A DNA stretch of 64,000 nt. It comes from Pseudanabaena sp. (lineage in GTDB: Bacteria > Cyanobacteriota > Cyanobacteriia > Pseudanabaenales > Pseudanabaenaceae). Under the pieces are notes generated by a model. It saw only the letters and a program-made list of their open reading frames with translations. It was not told the DNA's origin and made no database searches. Below, piece by piece: positions 39,057 to 47,964 of this stretch (the stretch's first letter is position 1; every line of letters starts with the position of its first letter). The DNA lies in the NCBI GenBank assembly GCA_003249015.1, contig QBLS01000017.1, positions 12,951 through 76,950 of the forward strand. Reading direction: 5' to 3'. A program made the translations under genes and the position numbers.

Positions 39057-39785
39057 ATGAATCGTTTACAATTTGTGCGTACCACAGGAATCTTCATGAT
39101 TCTATTGGTTGTATTTTTAAATATTCCTTACATTCGCTTAACACAGATCTTTGAATATGACGACATTCTGCGTGAACCGATTAGTGACGTGCTGACTAAG
39201 TTTCATGCAGGTGGAACGCAACTGATTTGGACTTGGTTTGCCTTCGGGCTGTCGGCTCTATTATTTATCCCCATCAGCATTCTGTTACATCGAATTGTTG
39301 AGCGCCAAAGTTCACCGTATCTAGCGATCGCCACAGTAATGGGAGTCCTTTCGGGTGTACTTCAGGCAGTGGGTTTAATGCGTTGGGTATTTGTGGTTCC
39401 ACTACTGGCAAATTTGTATGTCGATCCAGCCTCGAGTGTAGCTACTCGCGAAGCGGTAAAAGTGGTTTATCAAGCAGTACATCAATATGGTGGGGTTGTA
39501 ATTGGCGAACATTTAGGACAAACCCTTCTAATTGGCTGGACAATCGGTGTGGGAATTGCCATGCTGCGATCGCCAATCTTTAAGCCTTGGGTTGCTTGGT
39601 ACGGACTAATGACTACACCAATGTTGTTGATTGGACAAAGTGAACTTCTATCAACAACGATGCCATCTATTCCTCTAGTTGAATCAACTCCTATCGGCTT
39701 TATCCTCTGGGAAATCTGGTTGTTGATCGTAGGTTTCTCCTTACTGTCTGTATCTCCCAAAAAGCTTGAATATCATGCTAAGTAG
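39057..39785 (+). CDS. DUF4386-like integral membrane protein
   Basis: 242 aa with about 6 hydrophobic helices. The family assignment is tentative. Confidence 0.45.
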   Translation: MNRLQFVRTTGIFMILLVVFLNIPYIRLTQIFEYDDILREPISDVLTKFHAGGTQLIWTWFAFGLSALLFIPISILLHRIVERQSSPYLAIATVMGVLSGVLQAVGLMRWVFVVPLLANLYVDPASSVATREAVKVVYQAVHQYGGVVIGEHLGQTLLIGWTIGVGIAMLRSPIFKPWVAWYGLMTTPMLLIGQSELLSTTMPSIPLVESTPIGFILWEIWLLIVGFSLLSVSPKKLEYHAK

Positions 39786-39802
39786 ATATAAACCTAGGGA
39801 GC

Positions 39803-39837
39803 TTTTTGAAAGGGTCGCAAAGCGACCCTTTCAAAAA
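39803..39837. repeat. Family F hairpin
   Basis: tttttgaaagggtcgc-aaa-gcgaccctttcaaaaa. Same design as 18138-18174. Confidence 0.65.
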
Positions 39838-39902
39838 ATGCTCAGTACTTCACTAAGTCCTAATAGGCTGCAATTTCGCAAATTTCAAACAGCAAAAAAC
39901 CA

Positions 39903-40547
39903 ATGATCATAAATAAATTTCGTGCTTTTTTAGCTAATCAACTTGGCTTTCCTAAAGGTTGGTTTGGTAAATTACTGATCAGATTTCTCAATCGCAATAA
40001 TGCCGTAATGAACAATCTGGCGTTACAAAATCTGAATTTACAAGCAGGTGATCGTGTTCTTGAAATTGGCTTTGGTGGCGGCTACTTAATCGAGCAAATT
40101 GCTAATACCCATCTGCCACAAATAATTGTGGGCGCTGAACAATCACAGGATGCCATTGAAATCTGTAAGCAGAAATTTCGCACTCAAATCAATAAGAGTG
40201 AAATAGAACTCCATTTAGCTGATGCGACTGAATTACCATTTACAGATAGAGCCTTTGACAAAATCTGCACAGTCAACACCATTTATTTTTGGGCAGATTT
40301 GAGCAAGGTCTTTACAGAATGCCATAGGGTTTTAACTGAGAATGGAAAATTACTAATTAGCTATAATTCCAAAGATTTTTTAAGCAAACAAAAGTTTGCC
40401 GAACATGGCTTCATAGGTTATGAAGTTGCAGAGATAGAAGCAAGCCTCAAATTAGCTGGATTTATAAATGTGACCACTATTACAGGAAATAGCGATCGCC
40501 ATCAAGAATTTTTCTGCACCTCTGCCACTGCTCATCTGGGCAACTAA
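39903..40547 (+). CDS. Class I SAM-dependent methyltransferase
   Basis: 214 aa. Motif I VLEIGFGGG and post-I/II acidic residues. Confidence 0.8.
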   Translation: MIINKFRAFLANQLGFPKGWFGKLLIRFLNRNNAVMNNLALQNLNLQAGDRVLEIGFGGGYLIEQIANTHLPQIIVGAEQSQDAIEICKQKFRTQINKSEIELHLADATELPFTDRAFDKICTVNTIYFWADLSKVFTECHRVLTENGKLLISYNSKDFLSKQKFAEHGFIGYEVAEIEASLKLAGFINVTTITGNSDRHQEFFCTSATAHLGN

Positions 40548-40628
40548 TTGGGGGATTGATAGCATTAAGTGATCCAAAACATGGTGTTCAGAGGCTTTAT
40601 ATAGCCTCAGTCACTTGTATTAAGACAT

Positions 40629-40681
40629 AAAACCAAGAAGTGAGTGGCGGCGCTTTGCGCTGCCACTCACTTCTTGGTTTT
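40629..40681. repeat. Family A core hairpin
   Basis: aaaaccaagaagtgagtggcggcgc-tttg-cgctgccactcacttcttggtttt. Confidence 0.65.
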
Positions 40682-40763
40682 TACTCAGTCAAGATAGTCA
40701 CCCTGATATGAGTGCTGAGCATGATCAAACCCCAAAATTGGCTTCATCGCTAGTTTTATACCG

Positions 40764-40855
40764 AATGAAGAAATGACGTAGCCATTTCTTCATTTGAAAA
40801 CACTTACTGGGTTTTATTTTTAATTCACAAAAATGTTGTCACACTTTTGTGGATT
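40764..40855. repeat. Composite D + C hairpin unit
   Basis: aatgaagaaatgac-gta-gccatttcttcatt ... ctgggttttatttttaattcacaaaaatgt-tgtcaca-cttttgtggatt. Paralogous to 33219-33309. Confidence 0.6.
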
Positions 40856-40955
40856 GCTACTTAGATAGTCATTGCACAAAAAATTTGATTTTAAATAAAC
40901 AGGGTGCTAACATAAGAAACGCTGAAAATTTTACCCGAATAAATTCCTAAAGACT

Positions 40956-41270
40956 GTGGCACCTCAACAACAAAAGATTCGGATTCGTCTAAAAGCTTTC
41001 GATCATCGCTTGCTAGACTCCTCTTGCGAAAAAATCGTCGAAACTGCTAATCGTACAAACGCGGCTGCTGTTGGTCCAATCCCATTGCCAACTCGTCGCC
41101 GTATCTACTGCGTTCTCAGATCTCCTCACGTAGACAAAGACTCTCGCGAACATTTTGAGACTCGTACCCATAGTCGTATTATCGATATTTATCAACCATC
41201 GGCAAAGACTATTGATGCACTCATGAAGCTAGATCTTGCTGCTGGTGTGGATATCGAAGTAAAGCTCTAA
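40956..41270 (+). CDS. rpsJ: 30S ribosomal protein S10
   Basis: 104 aa. (M)[20 protein letters not shown]...[18 protein letters not shown] is canonical S10. GTG start. Confidence 0.93.
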   Translation: MAPQQQKIRIRLKAFDHRLLDSSCEKIVETANRTNAAAVGPIPLPTRRRIYCVLRSPHVDKDSREHFETRTHSRIIDIYQPSAKTIDALMKLDLAAGVDIEVKL

Positions 41271-41383
41271 GATTCTGAACCTTTCAGACACTTTAGGTAA
41301 ATACTTTAAGTTAATTGCCAAAAAGCCCAGAATTATGGAAGTGCCTTAGTATTCCTTTCATAACTCTGGGCTTTAATCATCAA

Positions 41384-41420
41384 AACAACAATTGCGCTGC
41401 GAAGCAGCGCAATTGTTGTT
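41384..41420 (+). terminator. Hairpin downstream of rpsJ
   Basis: aacaacaattgcgctgc-gaa-gcagcgcaattgttgtt followed by tct. A longer imperfect hairpin lies at 41322-41374. Confidence 0.45.
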
Positions 41421-41599
41421 TCTGGCTATATTTAGTGTTGCGGCACTTTGTTCTGCAACACTTTTCTGTTTGAGAAAGCGATCGCCGCATAAAGCAAATT
41501 GAGGTGTGATCTGATGCAGCTTGATTTTTAGGTTTTGATTGTGGTTTAAACTTAAGTGAAAAGTGTAACCGCTTTAAAATCTAGCTCTAAGGATTGAAA

Positions 41600-42574
41600 A
41601 TGCTGAAAAGGCTGAAGATTAGATTGATTGTGGCTATGGTCTTGGCGGCGATCGCCATGATCGTACCGATCGCAATCGGACAAAACTTAAACCCCGCAGT
41701 GGCTCAAGATGCTCCTAAAGTCACTAGTTTGCAAAGTGCGGGCTTGCAACTACAAGAAGTTGCGAGTGGAACCTATGCACTCATCGCTAGTACCGACTTT
41801 CCCCCAGCTAGTCCTGCCGCCGCGATCGCCAATGGGGGCATCGTGATCGGCAGTGATAGCGTGTTGGTAATTGACCCATTCCAGTCAGCCGATCTAGCCG
41901 AACTAATGATCTCGACAGTCAAATCATTGACTGACAAACCTATCAAATATGTTCTAAATACCCATTATCATTTCGACCATACTGGCGGTAATTCGGTTTT
42001 TGTAAAGCAAAATATTCCTGTATTTGGGCGTGGTGTTATCCGCGAATATATCCGAAGCGGTAAGGGTGATACTGGCAGCGTAACTCCGCCGACGGTAATT
42101 ATCAATAGCCAAACTGATCTATGGTTAGGCGATCGGCAAGTACGCATTGAGAGAGTCGATGGGCATTCGGCGGGTACTGATCTGGTTGCCTATGTGCCTG
42201 ATGTCAAGGTTCTGTTTGCGGGGGATATGGTCTTTAACAAGCGCATTCCTTACACCGTTGACAGCGATTTGCGCCAATGGCAAGGTAGCCTATACCGTTT
42301 GATTGCTGTATATCCTGAAGCAAAGGTTGTCCCAGGACATGGCGATGTCACTGATGTATCAGGGTTGCAAGCTCAGCAAGCCTATTTCAGTTGGTTAGAG
42401 CGTCAAGCATTGGAGTGGAAGGCGCAAATTTTGACTAAAGAGCAGGTATTGGAGAGATTTGCAAAAGTACCTGATACCTACAAAGACTACAAGTTTAAAG
42501 CGATATATCCTTTAAATCTAGAATCAGCTTACGAGCAGTTTACTCGCAGCAAGATTATTCCCTTGATCCCTTAG
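41600..42574 (+). CDS. Secreted MBL-fold metallo-hydrolase
   Basis: Signal peptide and HxHxDH motif (HYHFDHTGG). I prefer the ATG at 41600 over the track's TTG at 41594. Confidence 0.8.
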   Translation: MLKRLKIRLIVAMVLAAIAMIVPIAIGQNLNPAVAQDAPKVTSLQSAGLQLQEVASGTYALIASTDFPPASPAAAIANGGIVIGSDSVLVIDPFQSADLAELMISTVKSLTDKPIKYVLNTHYHFDHTGGNSVFVKQNIPVFGRGVIREYIRSGKGDTGSVTPPTVIINSQTDLWLGDRQVRIERVDGHSAGTDLVAYVPDVKVLFAGDMVFNKRIPYTVDSDLRQWQGSLYRLIAVYPEAKVVPGHGDVTDVSGLQAQQAYFSWLERQALEWKAQILTKEQVLERFAKVPDTYKDYKFKAIYPLNLESAYEQFTRSKIIPLIP

Positions 42575-42593
42575 AAACTATATACCTTGCTAT

Positions 42594-42646
42594 CAGTTAA
42601 GAAATAGCTGTGCGTGGCTTTGCCACGCACAGCTATTTCTTAACTG
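42594..42646. repeat. 53-bp perfect hairpin (25-bp stem)
   Basis: cagttaagaaatagctgtgcgtggc-ttt-gccacgcacagctatttcttaactg, 20 bp after the MBL hydrolase stop. Confidence 0.7.
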
Positions 42647-42683
42647 ACGATGAGTGGCGGCGCTTCGCGCCGCCACTCATCGT
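42647..42683. repeat. 37-bp perfect hairpin with a GGCGGCGC-TTC-GCGCCGCC core, abutting the previous hairpin
   Basis: acgatgagtggcggcgc-ttc-gcgccgccactcatcgt. Confidence 0.7.
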
Positions 42684-42795
42684 TATATCTACGCGATCGC
42701 AATTTGAGTTTTCGGATACTTCAGTGTTTATCGCTTTATTTGAGACTATCATAATCATTGTTTGAGAAAGCGGTCATGGTGTATCTCCAGAAAAA

Positions 42796-43383
42796 ATGAA
42801 CATTGCCCTCTTCGGCACTAGTGCTGACCCACCTAGTATTGGACATCAACAAATCTTGCAATGGTTAGACAACCATTATGATCGCGTGTGGGTGTGGGTA
42901 TCAGACAATCCTTTTAAGACTCATCAGGCAAGCCTAGGTGATCGCCTGAAAATGATGGAGTTGACCATCGCAGCAATCCAGCCAGCCGCTCAAAATACAC
43001 AACTCTGTCCCGAAATTAGCCATCCACGCACAATAATCACGGTCGAGCTAGCCAAGCAAATCATTCCCGATGCCCAATTTAGCTTTGTCATTGGCGGCGA
43101 TCTGGTCGCGCAACTACCCACATGGCATCGCGCTCAAGATCTGCTCAGCCAAGTCCATATCTTGATCGTTCCGCGTCAGGGTGTAGAAATTAATCAAGCC
43201 GATATTGATCGCCTCATAAGCATGGGTACTGAAGTAGCGATCGCCCCTGAGTCCACCTCAATACCTAACGTTTCTTCGTCCGATTATCGCAATAGTGGCA
43301 ATAGTTCAGTCATAATACCCACAGTCGCAGCATATATCCAACGAGAGTCGCTTTACGCATGGCAGAAAAGTTCCGATCCCTAG
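42796..43383 (+). CDS. nadD: Nicotinate-nucleotide adenylyltransferase
   Basis: 195 aa. N-terminal FGTSADPPSIGH, the (H/T)xGH nucleotidyltransferase motif. Confidence 0.82.
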   Translation: MNIALFGTSADPPSIGHQQILQWLDNHYDRVWVWVSDNPFKTHQASLGDRLKMMELTIAAIQPAAQNTQLCPEISHPRTIITVELAKQIIPDAQFSFVIGGDLVAQLPTWHRAQDLLSQVHILIVPRQGVEINQADIDRLISMGTEVAIAPESTSIPNVSSSDYRNSGNSSVIIPTVAAYIQRESLYAWQKSSDP

Positions 43384-44093
43384 ATTCTAAAAAACCCTTA
43401 GCAGATTTTAAAGTCGGCGTTGACAACGTGATTTTTTCCGTTGACACTGAACAAAATCGTCTATTGGTTTTACTGGTGATGCGCCAACATGAACCCTATC
43501 GCGATCGCTGGTGCTTACCTGGAACATTGGTGCGTCAGGGTGAATCTCTAGAAGAAGCAGCTTATCGCATTCTCTCCGAAAAAATTCGCGCTCAAAATCT
43601 CTATCTGGAACAGCTCTTTACCTTTGGCGATATCGGACGTGATCCTCGCGAAGCCCCCGATAGTTATGCAGTGCGCTATTTATCCGTTAGTTACTTCGCC
43701 CTAGTTAACTTCTCTCAAGCAGAACTAATTGCCGATGGCGTGAGTGGAATCGCTTGGTATCCTGTTAAACAAGTTCCTGAACTCGCCTTTGACCACAATC
43801 GCATTCTCGAATACGGACATCGCCGCCTCCGCAACAAACTAGAATATAGCCCCGTAGCCTTTGATGTGTTGCCAGATTCTTTTACGCTGAGCGATCTTTA
43901 CCAACTCTATACCACTGTCCTTGGCGATAATTTTTCAGACTATTCCAATTTTCGCACCAAGTTATTGAAGCTAGGATTTTTGAGTGATACGGGCATCAAA
44001 ACCTCACGGGGTGCAGGTCGCCCAGCCAGTCTTTATCGTTTTGATGCGGAAGCTTTTATTCCATTCAAAAATAAGCCAATGGTATTCATCTAG
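43359..44093 (+). CDS. Nudix-fold protein with a degenerate Nudix box and a C-terminal winged-helix-like domain (NrtR-like regulator candidate)
   Basis: 244 aa. The Nudix box position reads GT LVRQGESLEEAAYRILSEKIR, so the REUxEE acidic residues are partly lost. The C-terminus (..FRTKLLKLGFL..GRPASLYRF) is wHTH-like. 25-nt overlap with nadD. Confidence 0.6.
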   Translation: MAEKFRSLDSKKPLADFKVGVDNVIFSVDTEQNRLLVLLVMRQHEPYRDRWCLPGTLVRQGESLEEAAYRILSEKIRAQNLYLEQLFTFGDIGRDPREAPDSYAVRYLSVSYFALVNFSQAELIADGVSGIAWYPVKQVPELAFDHNRILEYGHRRLRNKLEYSPVAFDVLPDSFTLSDLYQLYTTVLGDNFSDYSNFRTKLLKLGFLSDTGIKTSRGAGRPASLYRFDAEAFIPFKNKPMVFI

Positions 44094-44188
44094 TCTTGAA
44101 ACGGCGGTAAAGCCAGCCTTACAAAAGATTGAGACTGTTAGCGCCTGCGGCGCTGACACAATTAACAGCCCCTATACCAAGTTAAAAT

Positions 44189-45796
44189 ATGGACTACGCG
44201 ATTGACTTCGGAACTAGTAATACTATTGTCGCTAGGATTAATGAGAATGGAAGATCGGAAACTGTCAGGGTTGGTGAATATAGCGCTAACATAGTTGACA
44301 ATCCGCCATTAATTCCTAGCTATGTCTATGTACAGAACGCTGTAGAAGAGATAGTCTTAGTCGGTCAAGAAGTTGGCGATCGCGGTTTAGACAATCAAAA
44401 TCCCCAAGGGGCAAATCGATTTTTTAAGGCTTTTAAAAGAGCGATTGGTACATCGAACAGTGTATTTGTCCCAGAAATTGATGGTCGTGAAGTTGAGTTT
44501 GAACTTGTTGGAGCATGGTTTTTAAAGAAGATAATCGCCAGTTTACCTGATGTAGATTCATTGGTTTTTACAGTTCCTGTGGATAGTTTTGAGGCTTACC
44601 GCAATTGGTTGGGAACTGTTTGTGAGCAGCTAGCAATTAATCGGGTGAGCATTATTGATGAGCCGACAGCGGCAGCTCTAGGCTATGGAATTAATGGCGG
44701 TGATGAAACTATTTTAGTGTTTGATTTTGGTGGTGGCACTTTGGATTTGTCTTTAGTCAAGCTATCCTTTGCTCAAGTAGAAAAATCAAGTCAGCCAAAA
44801 TCTCCATTAGGATTTCTCCTCAAGTGGGGCGATCGCACTATCAAGAATTCTAATTTACCAAATAGTAATCAAACTTCTCAAACTGCTAAAGTTCTCGCCA
44901 AGACAGGCAAAAATCTTGGGGGAATGGACATTGATAACTGGATTCTAGATTATTTTCACGCAACTTTAGAACTGCCTAAAAACTCTCTTGTCACAAGGCT
45001 TGTGGAGCGCTTCAAAATTGCTCTATCACAATCAGATTCGGCTACAGAGATTTACTTTGATGATCAAACCTTCACATCTTATGAATTAACTTTAACGCGA
45101 TCGCAACTATCCCAAATTCTTGAACAGAAGCAGTTTTTTATAAGTCTTGACAAAGCTCTCGATAGTATCCGCCAACAAGCTCTTCGTCAAAATATTAATT
45201 TAGAAAATATTGATGCGGTGTTACTAGTTGGTGGTACTTCCCAAATCCCTGCGGTGAAAGAATGGGCTTTAGGTCATTTCAAAGCGGAGCAAGTCAAATC
45301 AGACAAGCCCTTTGAGGCGATCGCTCACGGTGCAATTTCCCAAGGATGGGAACTTCAGGACTTTCTCTATCACAGTTATGGCGTGCGCTATTGGGACAAG
45401 CGCTACAAGCGGCACAACTGGCATCAGATCGTCAAATCTGGCGAAATCTATCCACTCCCAAAGCCAGTGGAATTAACTCTCGGTGCTTCTATGCCTGATC
45501 AGGCTAGTATTGAGCTAGTAATTGGTGAGTTAGGCGAAACTGATGTGGAAGTCTATTTTGAAGATGAACGGTTAATTACGCGACTACTTGATAATAGGCA
45601 AGTTGCCGTACAAATTCTTAATGACAGCGAGTTTGGTTCTGTAATTGCGAAACTAGATCCCTCAGGACAAACAGGCTGCGATCGCATTAAGGTTTCCTTT
45701 CAAGTTGATTCAAAGCGAACTTTACGGATCACAGTTCTAGATTTATTAACAAAACAAAATCTACTCGAAAATATACCTGTAGCTCAACTCATTTAG
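44189..45796 (+). CDS. Hsp70 family (DnaK-like) ATPase with a short atypical C-terminal domain
   Basis: 535 aa. ASKHA motifs DFGTSNT, VFDFGGGTLDLSLV and LLVGGTSQIPAV. Lacks the canonical DnaK lid and EEVD-type tail. Confidence 0.8.
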   Translation: MDYAIDFGTSNTIVARINENGRSETVRVGEYSANIVDNPPLIPSYVYVQNAVEEIVLVGQEVGDRGLDNQNPQGANRFFKAFKRAIGTSNSVFVPEIDGREVEFELVGAWFLKKIIASLPDVDSLVFTVPVDSFEAYRNWLGTVCEQLAINRVSIIDEPTAAALGYGINGGDETILVFDFGGGTLDLSLVKLSFAQVEKSSQPKSPLGFLLKWGDRTIKNSNLPNSNQTSQTAKVLAKTGKNLGGMDIDNWILDYFHATLELPKNSLVTRLVERFKIALSQSDSATEIYFDDQTFTSYELTLTRSQLSQILEQKQFFISLDKALDSIRQQALRQNINLENIDAVLLVGGTSQIPAVKEWALGHFKAEQVKSDKPFEAIAHGAISQGWELQDFLYHSYGVRYWDKRYKRHNWHQIVKSGEIYPLPKPVELTLGASMPDQASIELVIGELGETDVEVYFEDERLITRLLDNRQVAVQILNDSEFGSVIAKLDPSGQTGCDRIKVSFQVDSKRTLRITVLDLLTKQNLLENIPVAQLI

Positions 45797-45865
45797 AATG
45801 TAGAACGCTCAAATCCAGAATAATTTCTAAGAGCGCCGCAATCACGCTAAAAAAGAGAAAACAAA

Positions 45866-46573
45866 ATGGACAAATCTTGGTTATGGCTGGTTATAGCCAT
45901 TGGTAATACGAGAATTCGGGCTGTCGTCTTTAATCGTGATCGCCAAATTATTAAAGAATATGCCTATGCACACAAAGATTTACCGAGTTTAGAGATAGAA
46001 CTTACTAATCAACAATTTGCAAAAATATCGATCTTTTCTGTAGTTGCGAATCTGGTGACCTACTGGCATCGATTAGCTCAAACACAAATTATTACAACCG
46101 CAGATATTCCCTTACAAAATCTATACGCAAATTTAGGAGTTGATCGCGCTTTAGCAGCTTTTGGAGCTGGCGAACTTTACGGCTATCCACTCCTCGTAAT
46201 TGATGCAGGCACAGCCCTGACCCTCACAGGAGTTGATGCTCAAAAAAATCTAGTTGGTGGCGCAATCATTGCAGGCTTGCGATCGCAATTTATAACTCTC
46301 CATCAAAATACTTCCGCTTTACCAAATATATCTATTCCCGAATATCTACCAGATCGCTGGGCTAACAATACGAATAGCGCGATCGAGAGTGGTATCGCGT
46401 ATATTTTTTTATATGGATTGCAAGCTTATATTGATGATTGGCGATCGCAGTTTCCCGATAGTCACATTATCTTGACAGGCGGGGATGGCGATCGGCTGAA
46501 GCAATGGGGATTAAAGATAGATGTTCTCGATTCTTATCTAGTTTTCTGGGGAGTTTGGCATTGCCAATTTTAG
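45866..46573 (+). CDS. coaX: Type III pantothenate kinase (CoaX-like)
   Basis: 235 aa. ASKHA fold motifs (IGNTR near the N-terminus, VIDAGTALT, ILTGGDG). Confidence 0.72.
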   Translation: MDKSWLWLVIAIGNTRIRAVVFNRDRQIIKEYAYAHKDLPSLEIELTNQQFAKISIFSVVANLVTYWHRLAQTQIITTADIPLQNLYANLGVDRALAAFGAGELYGYPLLVIDAGTALTLTGVDAQKNLVGGAIIAGLRSQFITLHQNTSALPNISIPEYLPDRWANNTNSAIESGIAYIFLYGLQAYIDDWRSQFPDSHIILTGGDGDRLKQWGLKIDVLDSYLVFWGVWHCQF

Positions 46574-46591
46574 AGCGCTTAAAGCTTCTAC

Positions 46592-46637
46592 GGCTTCGAC
46601 TTCGCTCAGCCAACGTTGGCTGAGCGAAGTCGAAGCC
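46592..46637. repeat. Family E: perfect 46-bp palindrome between convergent coaX and sat
   Basis: ggcttcgacttcgctcagccaac|gttggctgagcgaagtcgaagcc, with no unpaired loop other than the central acgt. Confidence 0.75.
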
Positions 46638-46652
46638 ACTCTTTTATGGCGA

Positions 46653-47855
46653 TTAGATTTGGAAACCTGCGCCTGCTTCAGCGATCGCCATTTGGTGCAT
46701 CACCTTGGCTAGCTCAGCGGCAACCTCAGGACGAGAGAACTCAGGAGGCGGACATTCACCACGGCGGAGCATCTCGCGGACTTTTGTACCTGAGAGATGG
46801 ACACGCTCTTCGGGTAGGCTGGCGCTAGTTTTGGTGGTTGCCATGCCCAGAGTGCGCTTGCAATAAAAGGCGTGTTCAAACATCAGAGGCATAATCCCTA
46901 ATTCGCCATCTTCAAATTCATAGAAGATATGCTGAGCGTCATAGGTTCCGTAATAGTCACCCACACCCGCATGGTCGCGCCCAACGATGAAGTGAGTACA
47001 GCCGTAGTTTTTACGAATCAAGGCATGGAAAATTGCTTCACGGGGACCTGCATAGCGCATCGCGGCGGGGTTAATGGCAAGGGTAACGCGATCGAGGGGG
47101 AAATAATGCTCTAGCATGATTTCATAACAACGCATCCGCACATCGGCAGGTACGTCATCGCTCTTGGTCGCACCAACGAGGGGATGCAGGAATAGACCAT
47201 CAACGATTTCGAGGGCGCACTTTTGGATGTATTCGTGGGCGCGGTGGATCGGGTTACGGGTTTGGAAGCCAACCACGGTACGCCAGCCTTTCTCAATGAA
47301 AAGTTGACGGGATTCGACAGGATCGATTTGATAAGTGGGGAAGAGGGGATGAGCGCGACGCTCTAGCAACCAGACATCTCCAGCGAGATAGATTTCTCCC
47401 TGTTCATATACGACCTTGACCCCTGGGTGACGATCTTCATTGGTGCGATAGACATGAAGGGCTTCTTTGAGCTTGTCGTATTTATATTTTTCGCTGAGTT
47501 CGAGTACGCCGATGAATACGCCATTGGGATCATCGAGACGGACGAGGCTACCAACGGCTAGGGTGTCGGCGACAGCAGCCGTAACAGGCAGAGTAATTGG
47601 CACTGACCAAGGCAAGCCATTGGCTAGACGCATATTCATAACTACAGAATCATAGTCAGCTTGTCCTAAGAAACCTGTGAGAGGGCTAAATCCACCGATC
47701 GCAATTAGTTCCAGATCAGACAGCGATCGCTCAGTCAATTGCACCTTGGGCAGGTGATCAGCTTTGCTGTAAAAGACCTCTTTTTGGGCTTCTGAGGCGA
47801 GGCGATTAATTAGTTGACCACCGTGAGGGGCAATATTTTTGAGTTGTCGAGCCAT
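46653..47855 (-). CDS. sat: Sulfate adenylyltransferase (ATP sulfurylase)
   Basis: 400 aa. [11 protein letters not shown] and GRDHAG motifs. Confidence 0.92.
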   Translation of the reverse strand: MARQLKNIAPHGGQLINRLASEAQKEVFYSKADHLPKVQLTERSLSDLELIAIGGFSPLTGFLGQADYDSVVMNMRLANGLPWSVPITLPVTAAVADTLAVGSLVRLDDPNGVFIGVLELSEKYKYDKLKEALHVYRTNEDRHPGVKVVYEQGEIYLAGDVWLLERRAHPLFPTYQIDPVESRQLFIEKGWRTVVGFQTRNPIHRAHEYIQKCALEIVDGLFLHPLVGATKSDDVPADVRMRCYEIMLEHYFPLDRVTLAINPAAMRYAGPREAIFHALIRKNYGCTHFIVGRDHAGVGDYYGTYDAQHIFYEFEDGELGIMPLMFEHAFYCKRTLGMATTKTSASLPEERVHLSGTKVREMLRRGECPPPEFSRPEVAAELAKVMHQMAIAEAGAGFQI

Positions 47856-47932
47856 GAATTTTGAGTAAAGTTTTTAAGTTGAAGGTAAGCAATTATTAAG
47901 TTAATGTTAACTTTTTTTGTCACCAAAGTTTG

Positions 47933-47963
47933 TAGTGATGCACCGCGAAGCGGTGCATCACTA
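47933..47963. repeat. 31-bp perfect hairpin immediately after the ATPase-like gene stop
   Basis: tagtgatgcaccgc-gaa-gcggtgcatcacta. Confidence 0.65.
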
Positions 47964-47964
47964 A

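Noticed and set aside
46616-46828. 70-aa ORF (MAERSRSHSF...)
   Set aside because: It starts inside the family E palindrome and then runs antisense to the sat 3-prime end. It is a translated repeat artefact.
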